Positions 1 to 10,178 of a stretch of 46,873 nucleotides of DNA are shown piece after piece. The stretch comes from Promethearchaeota archaeon. GTDB lineage: Archaea; Asgardarchaeota; Lokiarchaeia; Sigyniarchaeales; SOKP01. The translations under genes were made by a program, and so were the position numbers. The DNA is taken from the NCBI GenBank assembly GCA_016840545.1, contig JAEOSD010000003.1:1-46873 (forward strand), written 5' to 3'. Numbering within the stretch: the first letter of the stretch is position 1; every line of letters begins with the position of its first letter. Below the pieces are notes generated by a model. The model ran no database searches and had not been told where the DNA came from. It was given only the letters and a program-made list of their open reading frames with translations.

Positions 1-201
1 ACACATTCTACACCAGTCTTACCACTAGAGCCCCCATTTGCTTATGCGAGAATTAGACTAGAGGGTGCAGATACAGATTTCGTACATTTAATTAAAGAAA
101 GCGATCCAAGCAAATTAAAAATTGGAATGAAAGTTGAAGCTGTTTTTAAAGAAAAACCAAGGAAACGGATCTTGGATATTGAATATTTTCAGCCAATATA
201 A
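1..201 (+). CDS. 3' end of a DUF35 (Zn-ribbon/OB-fold, ChsH2-C-like) protein, truncated by the window edge
   Basis: Frame 1 is open from base 1 to TAA at 199-201: THSTPVLPLEPPFAYARIRLEGADTDFVHLIKESDPSKLKIGMKVEAVFKEKPRKRILDIEYFQPI. This is a typical DUF35 OB-fold C-terminus and resembles 10554..11054. Not in the ORF track. Confidence 0.85.
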   Translation, partial: THSTPVLPLEPPFAYARIRLEGADTDFVHLIKESDPSKLKIGMKVEAVFKEKPRKRILDIEYFQPI

Positions 202-277
202 TAAAGAATTAATTTCTATTTTTTTTATCTAATTTAATTAAAATAAAATTAAAACAAAATTCTGGAATTGAGAAAAA

Positions 278-1102
278 ATGAGTGATGATGTTATCTTAAT
301 TGAGGAAAATGAAGATAAGACCATAGTAACAATCAAAATGAATCGCCTTGACAAAAAAAATGCATTGAATTATGATTTAATGTTTGGCCTTCTAAAAGCT
401 ATAGACCAAGTGGAACGGACAAATGCTAGAGTGGTTATTATTACTGGAGGAGATGAATTTTTTAGTTCAGGTATAGATTTGAATTTTTTAACTGGTCAAG
501 AAAGAGATCCTGAAGGTGTTATTCCTGATTTACGGGTTCCTCGAAATTTTAGATATTTTGCAAATACATGGATTCATCCAATTTTTACGAAGATTGAAAA
601 GATGGAAAAGCCTGTTATTGCTAAAATAAATGGTTATTGCTATGGGATGGCTTTTGAACTTGCTTTAGCTTGCGACTTTCGATTTTGTACTGAATCAGCT
701 GAATTCCATATGCTAGAGACGAAGTTAGGAGTTAATCCTGATGTAGGTGGTGTTATTCGTTTAACTCGAATTGTTGGCGTTCAAAATACAAAGGATATCG
801 TTTTAACTGGACGAAAATTTGATGGAAATGAAGCTTATAGATTGGGAGTTGTAAACCGCGTTGCCAAAACCCATCAGGAATTAGATTCATTAATTAAAAA
901 GTATACTGACGAGCTTATAGATAGTGCACCTTTAGCAGTAGGACTAACTAAAAAATTAATTGATAATTGCTATGGCAAAAATATTGAATTCGGATTAGAA
1001 CTTGAAACTATTGTAAGTTCTCAGTTGCTACAAACTAAAGATGCTGTCAATGGTGCTCTTGCTCGTTTACAGAAACTAAAACCTAAATGGAGATGGAAAT
1101 AA
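278..1102 (+). CDS. Enoyl-CoA hydratase/isomerase (crotonase) family protein
   Basis: NRLDKKNAL, FSSGIDL, KPVIAKINGYCYGMAFELALACDFR, ETKLGVNPDVGG; both canonical catalytic Glu positions are present. Confidence 0.93.
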   Translation: MSDDVILIEENEDKTIVTIKMNRLDKKNALNYDLMFGLLKAIDQVERTNARVVIITGGDEFFSSGIDLNFLTGQERDPEGVIPDLRVPRNFRYFANTWIHPIFTKIEKMEKPVIAKINGYCYGMAFELALACDFRFCTESAEFHMLETKLGVNPDVGGVIRLTRIVGVQNTKDIVLTGRKFDGNEAYRLGVVNRVAKTHQELDSLIKKYTDELIDSAPLAVGLTKKLIDNCYGKNIEFGLELETIVSSQLLQTKDAVNGALARLQKLKPKWRWK

Positions 1103-1189
1103 ATTTTTAGGATTAACATTTAAAATTTTTTTAAAATCTTTTTAAATTTTTTTAACTTTTTTTCCTTTTTATAAAAATTAACTCTCTAA

Positions 1190-1590
1190 CTTTCTAATCT
1201 AAATTCTTTTAGCTTAAAATACCACTTTGTTGGGTTAGATGGCAAGATTGAAGTTATTCCACTTAAGGTCCATGAAGCTGAAAATGATAAAAACTGGGAG
1301 ATTTTTGAAATTAAATTTCCATCTGGATTAATAAAGAGAAAAGTTAATATACTTGAAAGATTTTCAAATATTTTTTATCAGATTTGCGAAATTTCTCTTC
1401 AATTATTTATTATGTGGCGGAAAGAATCAAGAAAAAATGAGATTCATAAACAATCTGATCATTTTTTTCTGAAGATTTTCATTTCATGTGATATATTTTA
1501 CATTTTGGTATCCACCAAAGCCTGCAGCTAAGTTTCCACCAAGAATTTCTGTTTTAATTCCAGGAGTTTCTTTTTCTTTTTTTCATACTT
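1190..1590. pseudogene. Possible degraded coding remnant(s) in a long intergenic gap
   Basis: A ~113-codon stop-free + frame (1190-1531, ...YHFVGLDGKIEVIPLKVHEAENDKNWEIFEIKFPSG...) has no upstream start codon. A protein-like minus-strand fragment (KETPGIKTEILGGNLAAGFGGYQNVKYIT) overlaps it. Confidence 0.3.
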
Positions 1591-1762
1591 TTTGATTGAC
1601 TGTTAGAAAATTATATCAAATTATATTTTGTATGATTTAGATTTATTAGAAGCGATTCTATAATCATTGACTTTAGATTATTTAGAATTTACTGACACAT
1701 TTTACATTATTACAATTTTTTTAAATAGAACTTAATCCTAACAGCATTTAACTAATATAAAA

Positions 1763-2413
1763 GTGATAAAAATGTCAATAACGTTCGTGTATTTTCCATT
1801 CCCTCTAGATATCTTTACTCTGTTATTTATATTTATTGAGACTATTGTGGTCATTTCTCTAAATATTATGCTACTCTGGTCAGGAATGGCGGAGAAGGAA
1901 ATGCGAAAGGAGAATATCTTAATTAGTTTAAGTACGATAAACATTTTCTTTATACTGATTAAATTTACTGTTCCTTCTGTTGTTGGTTTGCCTTCTACTG
2001 AAGCAGAGATTATTATTTTTAAATCATATATATTATTAACAGGCTTGCTTGTAAGACTTCCTTTCTTTATAACATACGGAATATTGATGTATTGGTATGG
2101 AAGGGTAAACAGAGATTTAATTGGTAACAAATACAGGGTTTCAGCTTGGATATTTTTGGTATGCAATGGTTTTTTTGTGTTGAATTTCACTTTTGCTTAT
2201 ATTATGACCTTCACATCAACTCCTTATGCTTTTGTTGATATTCAAGGGAGAATACGACAAATCTTTTTATTAGGGTATTTTGTAGGGTGGATTTTTTTAT
2301 CAATTCATGGAATAATAGCTAAAAACATCAAATTTATCGTTTCTGGAGTTTTAGGTTGTGTCATGGTTTTTTTCATGTTTCTAACATATACAATCATGCT
2401 TCCAATTATTTAA
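1763..2413 (+). CDS. Hypothetical multi-pass membrane protein (~6 TM); start may be ATG at 1772
   Basis: Several ~20-aa hydrophobic segments; no recognisable motif. Confidence 0.65.
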   Translation: MIKMSITFVYFPFPLDIFTLLFIFIETIVVISLNIMLLWSGMAEKEMRKENILISLSTINIFFILIKFTVPSVVGLPSTEAEIIIFKSYILLTGLLVRLPFFITYGILMYWYGRVNRDLIGNKYRVSAWIFLVCNGFFVLNFTFAYIMTFTSTPYAFVDIQGRIRQIFLLGYFVGWIFLSIHGIIAKNIKFIVSGVLGCVMVFFMFLTYTIMLPII

Positions 2414-2466
2414 TTCCTTCTCACATTAGAATTTTAACAGCTTATTAAAAAAAATTGGAAAGAAAA

Positions 2467-3666
2467 TTAAAAATCTATATCTTTACCTTCATAAGCATAT
2501 CTATAAATGTTTTCGAAATCTGCTTTAGAAGGTAACCTTGGGCTCATTGAACCACTAGCATCTTGAAAGCATAAATTGACCAATGTATCTAGGTTTTTTT
2601 CTAAGTCTCCATTTGAAATTCCTAAATCTTGAATTTTTTCTGGAAATCCTACTTCTCTATACAATTCTCTTAACTTTTCGATAACTAAATTAGCAGCTTT
2701 TTTATTATCATCTTCCCATTTAGCCCATCCAAGTTGTTTTGCTAGTTTTGCATAAATTTCAACTGAGAGATCATCTTTATCAGGATTATTCAAACAATAT
2801 TGTGTTGCATATTTTAACATGATTCCAACACATTTTCCATGAGGGACGGTAAAAACAGCTCCAAGACAATGGCCTGTGGTATGGCCAATGTGCAAATTTG
2901 CATTCCCAAATGCTAGTCCTGCCATTGTGGCTGCCTGATGTAAATGATCTCTGGCTTCCTTATTTTTTCCATTCTTATAAGCAATAGGTAAATATTTGAG
3001 GCTTAATTCAATTGCTTTAGTAGCTAGAGCATTGCTAAATTCATTTTTTCCATTTGCTATTAAACTTTCTATAGCGTGTGCTATTATGTCCATACCTGTA
3101 TCCAATGTTAAATTAGGAGGCATTCCTATAGGGAAAATAGGATCTAATATAGCATATGAGGGGACTAATCCTCTATGGGCTTGTATTAGTTTTTGCCATA
3201 CTCCATTATTATACCTTGAAATAACAGCGTCATAAGTAACGTCAGCTCCAGTTCCAGATGTAGTAGGAATAGCAATAAATTTAGCCTTTTTACCCAAATC
3301 GTAGAGATCTCTGTTAAAGATATGAAGATCGTCTATTCCATATTGAGGATATTCATACATTGCCCAAATAACCTTAGCTGTGTCAATGACAGACCCACCT
3401 CCTAGAGCAATAATTAGGTCGGGTGCATAAGAGTTACATAAATGCTTAACTCTTAATACAAGTTCTTCTCTTGGATCTGGTTGTACTTCATTAAAAATGT
3501 CAAAAGTTTTTCCTAATTTTTCTAATTTATCTGTTAAAACCTTTAAATATCCTAATTCTTTAATAGTTCTATCTGTTATGATGTAACATTTTTTTCCCGT
3601 GATATTTTCTAAAAAATCTAATGCATCCTCTCCATAAATTATATCTGGACTAAAAAAGTACCACAA
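2467..3666 (-). CDS. Iron-containing alcohol dehydrogenase
   Basis: ALGGGSVIDTAK, IPTTSGTG, DIIAHAIES, GLAFGNANLHIGHTTGH, PHG metal-ligand motifs. Confidence 0.93.
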   Translation of the reverse strand: MWYFFSPDIIYGEDALDFLENITGKKCYIITDRTIKELGYLKVLTDKLEKLGKTFDIFNEVQPDPREELVLRVKHLCNSYAPDLIIALGGGSVIDTAKVIWAMYEYPQYGIDDLHIFNRDLYDLGKKAKFIAIPTTSGTGADVTYDAVISRYNNGVWQKLIQAHRGLVPSYAILDPIFPIGMPPNLTLDTGMDIIAHAIESLIANGKNEFSNALATKAIELSLKYLPIAYKNGKNKEARDHLHQAATMAGLAFGNANLHIGHTTGHCLGAVFTVPHGKCVGIMLKYATQYCLNNPDKDDLSVEIYAKLAKQLGWAKWEDDNKKAANLVIEKLRELYREVGFPEKIQDLGISNGDLEKNLDTLVNLCFQDASGSMSPRLPSKADFENIYRYAYEGKDIDF

Positions 3667-3721
3667 TTCTATAAATCACTTCCATTTTTTTAAAAAATAA
3701 ATAAAGTCTAAGATTTTAGGA

Positions 3722-4123
3722 TTATAAAAATTCTGTTTCTACATTCTGTAGGCTATTTACAATTTCTTGAGCTGCTCTTGTAGCTCTCATCAACTTTGCC
3801 ATATTTCCTACGAGTCTTAATTTTCCTGACATTACCCCTTGAATAGTATCCAATTCTTTTTTGGCAATTTTTACCCAATTATCATATGGCCCAGAAAGTG
3901 TAAATTCTACATCAACTTCTTCACCTTCTTCCACTAATTTAACACCTGTGCATTCTCCATGATACAATCCTAGAAAAAATCGGACTTCACGGTCTAATGG
4001 TCCACTAGGTTCAATTACACAAAGCATGTTCCCTTCCCACCAGGATGCTGCCTCACTATAGGCGGGATTATCATTAATAGCCTTCCCAAAGGCATCTAAC
4101 CACTCTTTTGTTAAAATTTTCAT
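3722..4123 (-). CDS. SCP2 sterol/lipid-binding domain protein
   Basis: EFTLSGPYDNWVKIAKKELDTIQGVMSGKLRLVGNMAKLMR, a typical SCP2 C-terminal signature. Confidence 0.88.
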   Translation of the reverse strand: MKILTKEWLDAFGKAINDNPAYSEAASWWEGNMLCVIEPSGPLDREVRFFLGLYHGECTGVKLVEEGEEVDVEFTLSGPYDNWVKIAKKELDTIQGVMSGKLRLVGNMAKLMRATRAAQEIVNSLQNVETEFL

Positions 4124-4202
4124 AATATTCCCCTTAAAAAATTAATTTTTTGTATTTTATTTTTTAAATATTTAATATTTTTTAGTATTTATTAAAAAAA
4201 GT

Positions 4203-5399
4203 TTAGGTTAGAGTTAAATCCAGATGGATATCAGTTAAAGGATAGGATATACAAGGATGGATAAAACCAAAATCTTTATCAACCTCACGAATTGTAACTT
4301 CGGGAGGTACAAAAACTTTTCCAGAAATCATTTTAGTTCTGCACAATGCGCATTCACCTGAACGACATCCATTATTTAAATATAAAGCTAAGTTTTTTGT
4401 GCGTTCTAAGCTATTAAGTAATGGCTCGATACAATATGCTTCAAGTTCAATTTTTTCTGTTTTACTATATTTCCTGAATTCAATTGAAATTTTGACTTTA
4501 TTCGAACTATTAATTTCTGTTGGCCATCCCATAACCTGAGTGATATCATCTGGAACACCAAATGCTTCATAATATATTCTGTGTTTAGGAATTCCTAATT
4601 CTTTCATTTCTTCTTTTATGAATTGATACATAGGAAGATTTCCAACGATATAGAAATATTTATCCTTAATTAACCCGATTTCATTTAAAATCTTATCTCT
4701 TGTAATAAAGCCACATTCACCTTTCCAATCCAGCTCTGGTTCTGATAAAATAAATTTAGTCTTTATATTTGACCTTCTTTTTTGTATATCTTCTAGTTCA
4801 TTTCTAAATAGAATATCTTTTTCAGTTAAGCATCCGTATATTAGTGAAACGTTTAGGGGTATTGCTCTTTCAGAAATATCTCGTAACATAGATATAAATG
4901 GTGTTATACCACATCCACCGGCAATATAAACTAAATCTTTACCATGAAATATAGGGTTATAATAGAGATTTCCTAAAGGCTCGGTAACTTCAAAAATATC
5001 GCCAACTTTAGCATTTTCGAATATATATGGACTAACAAATCCGTTTTCCTTTTTTCTAATACCTAGTTCATAGTAGACGTGCTGATTAGGTGATGATACT
5101 AATGAATAAGGGCGTGAGGTTCGAACTCCGTTAATTTCTACTATAAGCCCTATATATTGTCCTGCACGAAATGGTGCGAGTGGTTTATTTTTTTTGGCAG
5201 AAATAAGCCTATATAATTTTGTATCATGTGAGAGCGCTTTAATATCGGTTATCTTTAATAATTGATTTCCAGGATGTATTCTATCGCATAGGTTTTCCAA
5301 ACCATCATAATACCAGGGTATTGCTTGAGTTTCTTCACGCTGTTTTTTTAATTTTTCAGCTTTTTGATACTTTTTTATATCTTCCATCATAATTACCAC
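4203..5399 (-). CDS. FNR-type FAD/NAD(P)H oxidoreductase with C-terminal [2Fe-2S] ferredoxin (KshB/PaaE/Hcr-like architecture)
   Basis: FRAGQY, RPYSL, GFVS, IAGGCGITPFISM, YYEAF, CRSGECALC...HPC. Confidence 0.92.
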   Translation of the reverse strand: MVIMMEDIKKYQKAEKLKKQREETQAIPWYYDGLENLCDRIHPGNQLLKITDIKALSHDTKLYRLISAKKNKPLAPFRAGQYIGLIVEINGVRTSRPYSLVSSPNQHVYYELGIRKKENGFVSPYIFENAKVGDIFEVTEPLGNLYYNPIFHGKDLVYIAGGCGITPFISMLRDISERAIPLNVSLIYGCLTEKDILFRNELEDIQKRRSNIKTKFILSEPELDWKGECGFITRDKILNEIGLIKDKYFYIVGNLPMYQFIKEEMKELGIPKHRIYYEAFGVPDDITQVMGWPTEINSSNKVKISIEFRKYSKTEKIELEAYCIEPLLNSLERTKNLALYLNNGCRSGECALCRTKMISGKVFVPPEVTIREVDKDFGFIHPCISYPLTDIHLDLTLT

Positions 5400-6946
5400 C
5401 TACCTTCAATTTTATCTTTTAAATACATCCCCGAAGCAATTCTACCGCCAAGGATTGTTGAAGAAAATCCTCCACCAAAGTTAGTCCAAGCACCGACTTG
5501 GTAAAGTCCAGGAATTGCACCTCTACTTTTTAATCTAAGTAGTGGTCCGTTTGTTACATCTTGAGTTGTTCCGTAAATGGCACCTTCAATATTTTTAGAA
5601 TAACGGTAATATGTCAATGGGGTTGCTGCAACAGCCACTTCAATGTTTTCTCGAATTTCCGGACAAATTGTTTTTTCCACTAATGTTACCATACTATTAG
5701 CAATTTCATCTTTAATATGAAAATATTGATCCGGAGGAACACTTTGCCATAATTTCCCCATTTGTAGAGTGGTCAATACTAATTGAGTAGTTCCTGGAGG
5801 AGAGATATCCTCATAAATATGATTATAACATGCCGCCACAATATATTTTGGTGCTTCTAATTTATGGAACATTTCAAAGGCTTTATTTATATCATAGTCT
5901 TCATTGATAAACGTTTCATGAGCAGTTAAACCTAAATCTTTATAAGATGTATTTAATCCAATATAAACAGAGAACCCCGAAGGTCCGATCTCTGGAGCGT
6001 AGATTTTTTTCTTATATTCAACAGGAACAACTTCAGGAGGTAACATCTTCATTGCAGTACATATTGGATTGACATTTGAGATTACTGCCTTACATTTATA
6101 TATATCACCATTAAGTAATTCTACTCCACAAACCTTATCATTTTCGACCAGTATTCTATTAACTAAAGCATTATACCGTATTTCTCCACCTAATTTTTCA
6201 AAAGCTCCCACCATTGCATTTACTAATGAATGAGACCTTCCTAGAGGAAATGCTGCTCCCCAGTTTAAATAAAATATTAACATTCCAACGAACGCATAAG
6301 CATTTATCCTCTCTGGTGGTAAGCCAAGATAACCCCATAGTTGTGATATCAATGAGATCAATTTCTTATCTGTGAAAAATTTATTATATAATTCTGACAA
6401 CGTAATACCAGAAATACGTGGAAGCCATGGGTGTTCCTTAAGAATTTCTTGTGGCTTAAATTTTCCACCTTTTGAAGCAATGTATTTAATTCCTTTTAAA
6501 ACAGAACCACACATCTCCATAAATTCTTCAATTCCTTTTGTTTCAGCAGGAAAAAGTTCTATTAACTTTTCTCTATATTCATCTACACCCAAAGGCATAG
6601 TAACATCAAAACCGTCAAGATAAACACTCCGATAAAACTCAGGTATATGTTTAAACCTTAATTTATTTGGAACAACACCCAGTCTTTCTAAAAATCTATA
6701 AAGACTTCCTTTATTATCTTGTGTTCCTATATCACTTAATTCATGAAGAGCACCTTCAAATTCAAACCGACCTCTCACGAAGGAAGTTGCAAATCCACCT
6801 GGAACATTATGTTTTTCAAGTAGTAATACTGTTTCTCCTCTTAATACTAATTGACAAGCAGCACCAAGTCCTCCGAGCCCAGCTCCAATTACAATAACTG
6901 GAGATGTAGAAATTACTCTATTTTCATCATAAACGCTATTTACCAT
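5393..6946 (-). CDS. Phytoene desaturase/all-trans-retinol saturase-like (CrtI family) FAD oxidoreductase
   Basis: VIGAGLGGL...LLEKHNVPGG..TSFVRGRFEFE N-terminus; ATPLTYYRY...GAIYG; GLYQVGAWTNFGGG C-terminus. Confidence 0.88.
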   Translation of the reverse strand: MVNSVYDENRVISTSPVIVIGAGLGGLGAACQLVLRGETVLLLEKHNVPGGFATSFVRGRFEFEGALHELSDIGTQDNKGSLYRFLERLGVVPNKLRFKHIPEFYRSVYLDGFDVTMPLGVDEYREKLIELFPAETKGIEEFMEMCGSVLKGIKYIASKGGKFKPQEILKEHPWLPRISGITLSELYNKFFTDKKLISLISQLWGYLGLPPERINAYAFVGMLIFYLNWGAAFPLGRSHSLVNAMVGAFEKLGGEIRYNALVNRILVENDKVCGVELLNGDIYKCKAVISNVNPICTAMKMLPPEVVPVEYKKKIYAPEIGPSGFSVYIGLNTSYKDLGLTAHETFINEDYDINKAFEMFHKLEAPKYIVAACYNHIYEDISPPGTTQLVLTTLQMGKLWQSVPPDQYFHIKDEIANSMVTLVEKTICPEIRENIEVAVAATPLTYYRYSKNIEGAIYGTTQDVTNGPLLRLKSRGAIPGLYQVGAWTNFGGGFSSTILGGRIASGMYLKDKIEGRW

Positions 6947-7050
6947 AAAAAATAATTCTACCAGATAGCATTTAAAATTATAGATTTCACATTGGATTTT
7001 CCATTTTTGGAAAATTAAAAAAAGTTTACAAACAAGTTTGTTATTATTAG

Positions 7051-7878
7051 CTACTTACCTATGAAAATTGGTTTTCGTTTTTCTTTAAGTGCTTGCATTG
7101 ATTCCTTAAAATCTTTTGAAGTAAATGTTTTTCTTAAGGCTTTATTCTCTAGATCGAGAGTATTAGAGAATATTTCTCTAAAGTAGCTATGCATCGTCTT
7201 TTTCATTATTTTTATTGAAAGGTAAGGACCTTTGGGAGGTATTAACTTTAAAGCTTGGTCTCTCACAAAAGGAATTAACTCATAAGGAGGTAACACTTTA
7301 TTTACCAAACCAAGCTCATAAGCTTGCTTAGCTGTGATTTTATCTCCAAAATATACGATTTCTTTTGTTTTTTGAAAACCTAGATAAAAAGGAAGAATAA
7401 AAGAATTAGCAAATTCAGGAATAATACCTCTCTTTACAAAATAGAAACCAAGCCAAGCATCTTCAGACATATATATTAAATCTGCACCTGACAAGGGCAT
7501 GGTAATACCACCACCAATAGCCATTCCATTAATTGCAACGATGACTGGCTTACTAAAATCCCATAATTTCATACATAATTTTTTTTGGGCAATATCCATA
7601 ATATCAATTTCAGGATATTTTTTCATTTTTTCAAACATTTCCGGTTTGAAATAGCCACCAGAAGTGAAAGCATTTCCTTTGGGATCACCAGTTATTATAA
7701 GAACTTTAGCATTCTTATCCTTTTCCATATCTTCTAAAACTTTATATATCTCTAAAAAAGTTATGTAAGTCACAGCATTTCTTGCTTCTGGTTTGGATAT
7801 TATAACTGTACAAATACCGTTTTCTTCTTTTTCATAAATAATATCTTCAAAATCTTCAATAGTCATTTTACTTTTCAA
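7051..7878 (-). CDS. Crotonase family protein, isomerase-like (lacks the two hydratase Glu)
   Basis: KPEARNA, AFTSGG, KPVIVAINGMAIGGG, FVKRGIIPEFA. Confidence 0.88.
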   Translation of the reverse strand: MKSKMTIEDFEDIIYEKEENGICTVIISKPEARNAVTYITFLEIYKVLEDMEKDKNAKVLIITGDPKGNAFTSGGYFKPEMFEKMKKYPEIDIMDIAQKKLCMKLWDFSKPVIVAINGMAIGGGITMPLSGADLIYMSEDAWLGFYFVKRGIIPEFANSFILPFYLGFQKTKEIVYFGDKITAKQAYELGLVNKVLPPYELIPFVRDQALKLIPPKGPYLSIKIMKKTMHSYFREIFSNTLDLENKALRKTFTSKDFKESMQALKEKRKPIFIGK

Positions 7879-7964
7879 GAACTTTATTGAATAAGATTTA
7901 AGTTTTCTTCAATTTAAACCTTAAAATTAAAATGGAAAATTTAATAATAATAAAAAATTTTAAT

Positions 7965-9677
7965 TTAATTTGATTCTTCCTTCCCTTCTTCACGAAGTGC
8001 CCTTTTCAAAACTTTTCCTACCATAGTTGTAGGTAATTCTTCGGAAAATTCCCAAATTTTTGGAACTTCATATTTTGCTAGATTTTCTTCAGCATACTTT
8101 TGTATTGAGGCTTTAACATCATCAGTAGGATTAACTCCTTCCTTTAATTGAACAACTGCTTTAACAATCTCTGCCCCAGGACGATCAGGATTAGGAACAC
8201 CAATTATCGCTACTAATTGAATATCTGGATGTTTAGTCAAAACATCTTCTACATGTACACTATATACTTTAAATCCACTTACAACTAACATATCCTTAGT
8301 TCTATCTACTATCGTCAAATACCCATCTTCATCAAATACACCTACATCTCCTGTGTGTAGCCATCCGTCGATATAAGTTTTCGCAGTAGCATCAGGTTTA
8401 TTGTAGTACCTTTTAGTAATTTGAGGTCCTTTCAGTAGTATTTCTCCTGGTTGGCCAATAGGTACTTCTTTACCAGTTTCAACATCAACAAGCTTTACAT
8501 CTGTATCTGGTAAAGGAAGTCCTACAGAACCAATCTTTTTCTTACCCAAAGCAGGATTAACTGTAGCTAAAACAGCAGATTCCGTCATTCCATATACTTC
8601 AACAAACTTATTTTGTGAATAAAAATCTTTTTCGAAATCTCTTACTGCCTCTGCTGGAAAAGGAGCAGCTCCACTAACCCACAATTCTATGTTTTCCAAA
8701 ATTTCAGGTGGAATATTCTTTGATTTTGGATTTTTCTGAATCATTAAGAATAGGGTGGGCACATTTCCAAAACAAGTTGGTTTTCTTTCAGTTATTTCTT
8801 TAATCATATGATCCGTATCTCGTGGATTAGCAATGATAATATGAGAAGACCCAATATATGTAAGAAAAAGACCAATAAAAAGGCCAGCTATATGAAAATA
8901 TGGGAAAGCACTCATAGTAATATCTGTTCCTTTTTCTCTATTAAGCCATGTGTCAAATTGATGCATATTAGCTGCTAAATTATAATGAGTTATTTCAGTG
9001 CCCTTAGGAGTGCCAGTGGTTCCACCAGTATATTGAATTAAAGCTAAATCATTTTTAGCATCAATATCAACCTTTTTAATATTTATAGGAGTGTCCATAG
9101 CTTCTAGAAATGGAACTACCTTCTTACCAGGCCATGGATTCATTTTTCCTTTTGGTATTTTGCCAATTAATTTCCCCATGAAAACCTTAAAACCTGAAAA
9201 ACCCATGTATTCTGAAATATTTGTTGGAACTATAACTTCTAAACTTGGTACTTTTTCTAGAAATTTCGGAAATACTTTTTCATAGACTATATCCATTGTC
9301 ACTACAAATTTTGCCTTACAATCATTTAATTGATACGCCATCTCGACAGGACTTAATAGGGGTGATAATCCCGTCGATACTCCACCTGCCATAAACGTAC
9401 CATATAAAGTAAATAAATATTGAGGTGAATTTGGAATATTCATGGCAACCACATCGCCTTTCTTCAAACCATTATTCTGTAGAAATGTCGCAAATGCTTG
9501 AGCCTTCTTTAGTACATCTTTAAAAAGGATTTCATTGTCCATAAAATAAAATCCGACTCTATCACCATATTTTTCCATTGCTCTTGCTGAAATTGTACCC
9601 AAATCTTCTCTAGGGTATTCTAATGTTTTAGGAACATGAGAATCATATGTTTTTGTCCAAAATCTTTCTTTACTCAT
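7965..9677 (-). CDS. Long-chain fatty acid--CoA ligase (FadD-like)
   Basis: QYTGGTTGTPKG, EVYGMTE, GWLHTGD, DRTKDM, GKVLKR adenylate-forming motifs. Confidence 0.95.
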   Translation of the reverse strand: MSKERFWTKTYDSHVPKTLEYPREDLGTISARAMEKYGDRVGFYFMDNEILFKDVLKKAQAFATFLQNNGLKKGDVVAMNIPNSPQYLFTLYGTFMAGGVSTGLSPLLSPVEMAYQLNDCKAKFVVTMDIVYEKVFPKFLEKVPSLEVIVPTNISEYMGFSGFKVFMGKLIGKIPKGKMNPWPGKKVVPFLEAMDTPINIKKVDIDAKNDLALIQYTGGTTGTPKGTEITHYNLAANMHQFDTWLNREKGTDITMSAFPYFHIAGLFIGLFLTYIGSSHIIIANPRDTDHMIKEITERKPTCFGNVPTLFLMIQKNPKSKNIPPEILENIELWVSGAAPFPAEAVRDFEKDFYSQNKFVEVYGMTESAVLATVNPALGKKKIGSVGLPLPDTDVKLVDVETGKEVPIGQPGEILLKGPQITKRYYNKPDATAKTYIDGWLHTGDVGVFDEDGYLTIVDRTKDMLVVSGFKVYSVHVEDVLTKHPDIQLVAIIGVPNPDRPGAEIVKAVVQLKEGVNPTDDVKASIQKYAEENLAKYEVPKIWEFSEELPTTMVGKVLKRALREEGKEESN

Positions 9678-9845
9678 TTACGTTCACTTTTATTTTTTTA
9701 TTTAATTAATTATTTTGCTCTATTTATTTTTAAAAGTTCATTTTTGATTGATTAAAGTTTATGAGCATAAATAGTTTTTCAATTTTAATCTTCACTTTTT
9801 AAGATTTTCTAAATTAAAAAAAGGAGAATAACATTCTAAATTATA

Positions 9846-10046
9846 TTAAAAATAATTCTTTAAAAAAGTAAAAAAAAAATTAAATTTTAGTTTATTTTCT
9901 TCATATTCCTCTATTTTCAGTAGATCAGAGATTCTTGTTCTTGATACGAACCTGAAACTTGTTCTTTTGTGCATGAGGCCCAATAATTTTGAAATCATTG
10001 AAATTGTAACTAAAAAGATTAGACAAATAAGAAAATAGGTTATCAT
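9846..10046 (-). CDS. Small hypothetical protein with N-terminal TM segment
   Basis: 66 aa with a hydrophobic N-terminus; TATA-like TATATAAA on the minus strand near 10146-10153. Confidence 0.4.
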   Translation of the reverse strand: MITYFLICLIFLVTISMISKLLGLMHKRTSFRFVSRTRISDLLKIEEYEENKLKFNFFFTFLKNYF

Positions 10047-10178
10047 TGGTCTAGTTTATTCGGAAATCGTGACATAGGCTTCACAAAAGAAGTCCCGCAC
10101 CTCAATGAAATAGACAACCACGGTATATTTTGATAAATAAGCCGCTTTATATAGACAACAAAAAAAGAGTAGAAAAAA

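Noticed and set aside
1111-1160. Quasi-tandem TAAAATTTTTT units
   Set aside because: Low-complexity A/T terminator-like tract; no spacers, not CRISPR
1738-2190. 150-aa minus-strand ORF
   Set aside because: Antisense shadow of the membrane protein gene 1763..2413
10048-10120. tRNA-like look on the + strand (GTCTA/TAGAC stem ending ACCA)
   Set aside because: No T-loop GTTC consensus, D-arm or anticodon arm geometry
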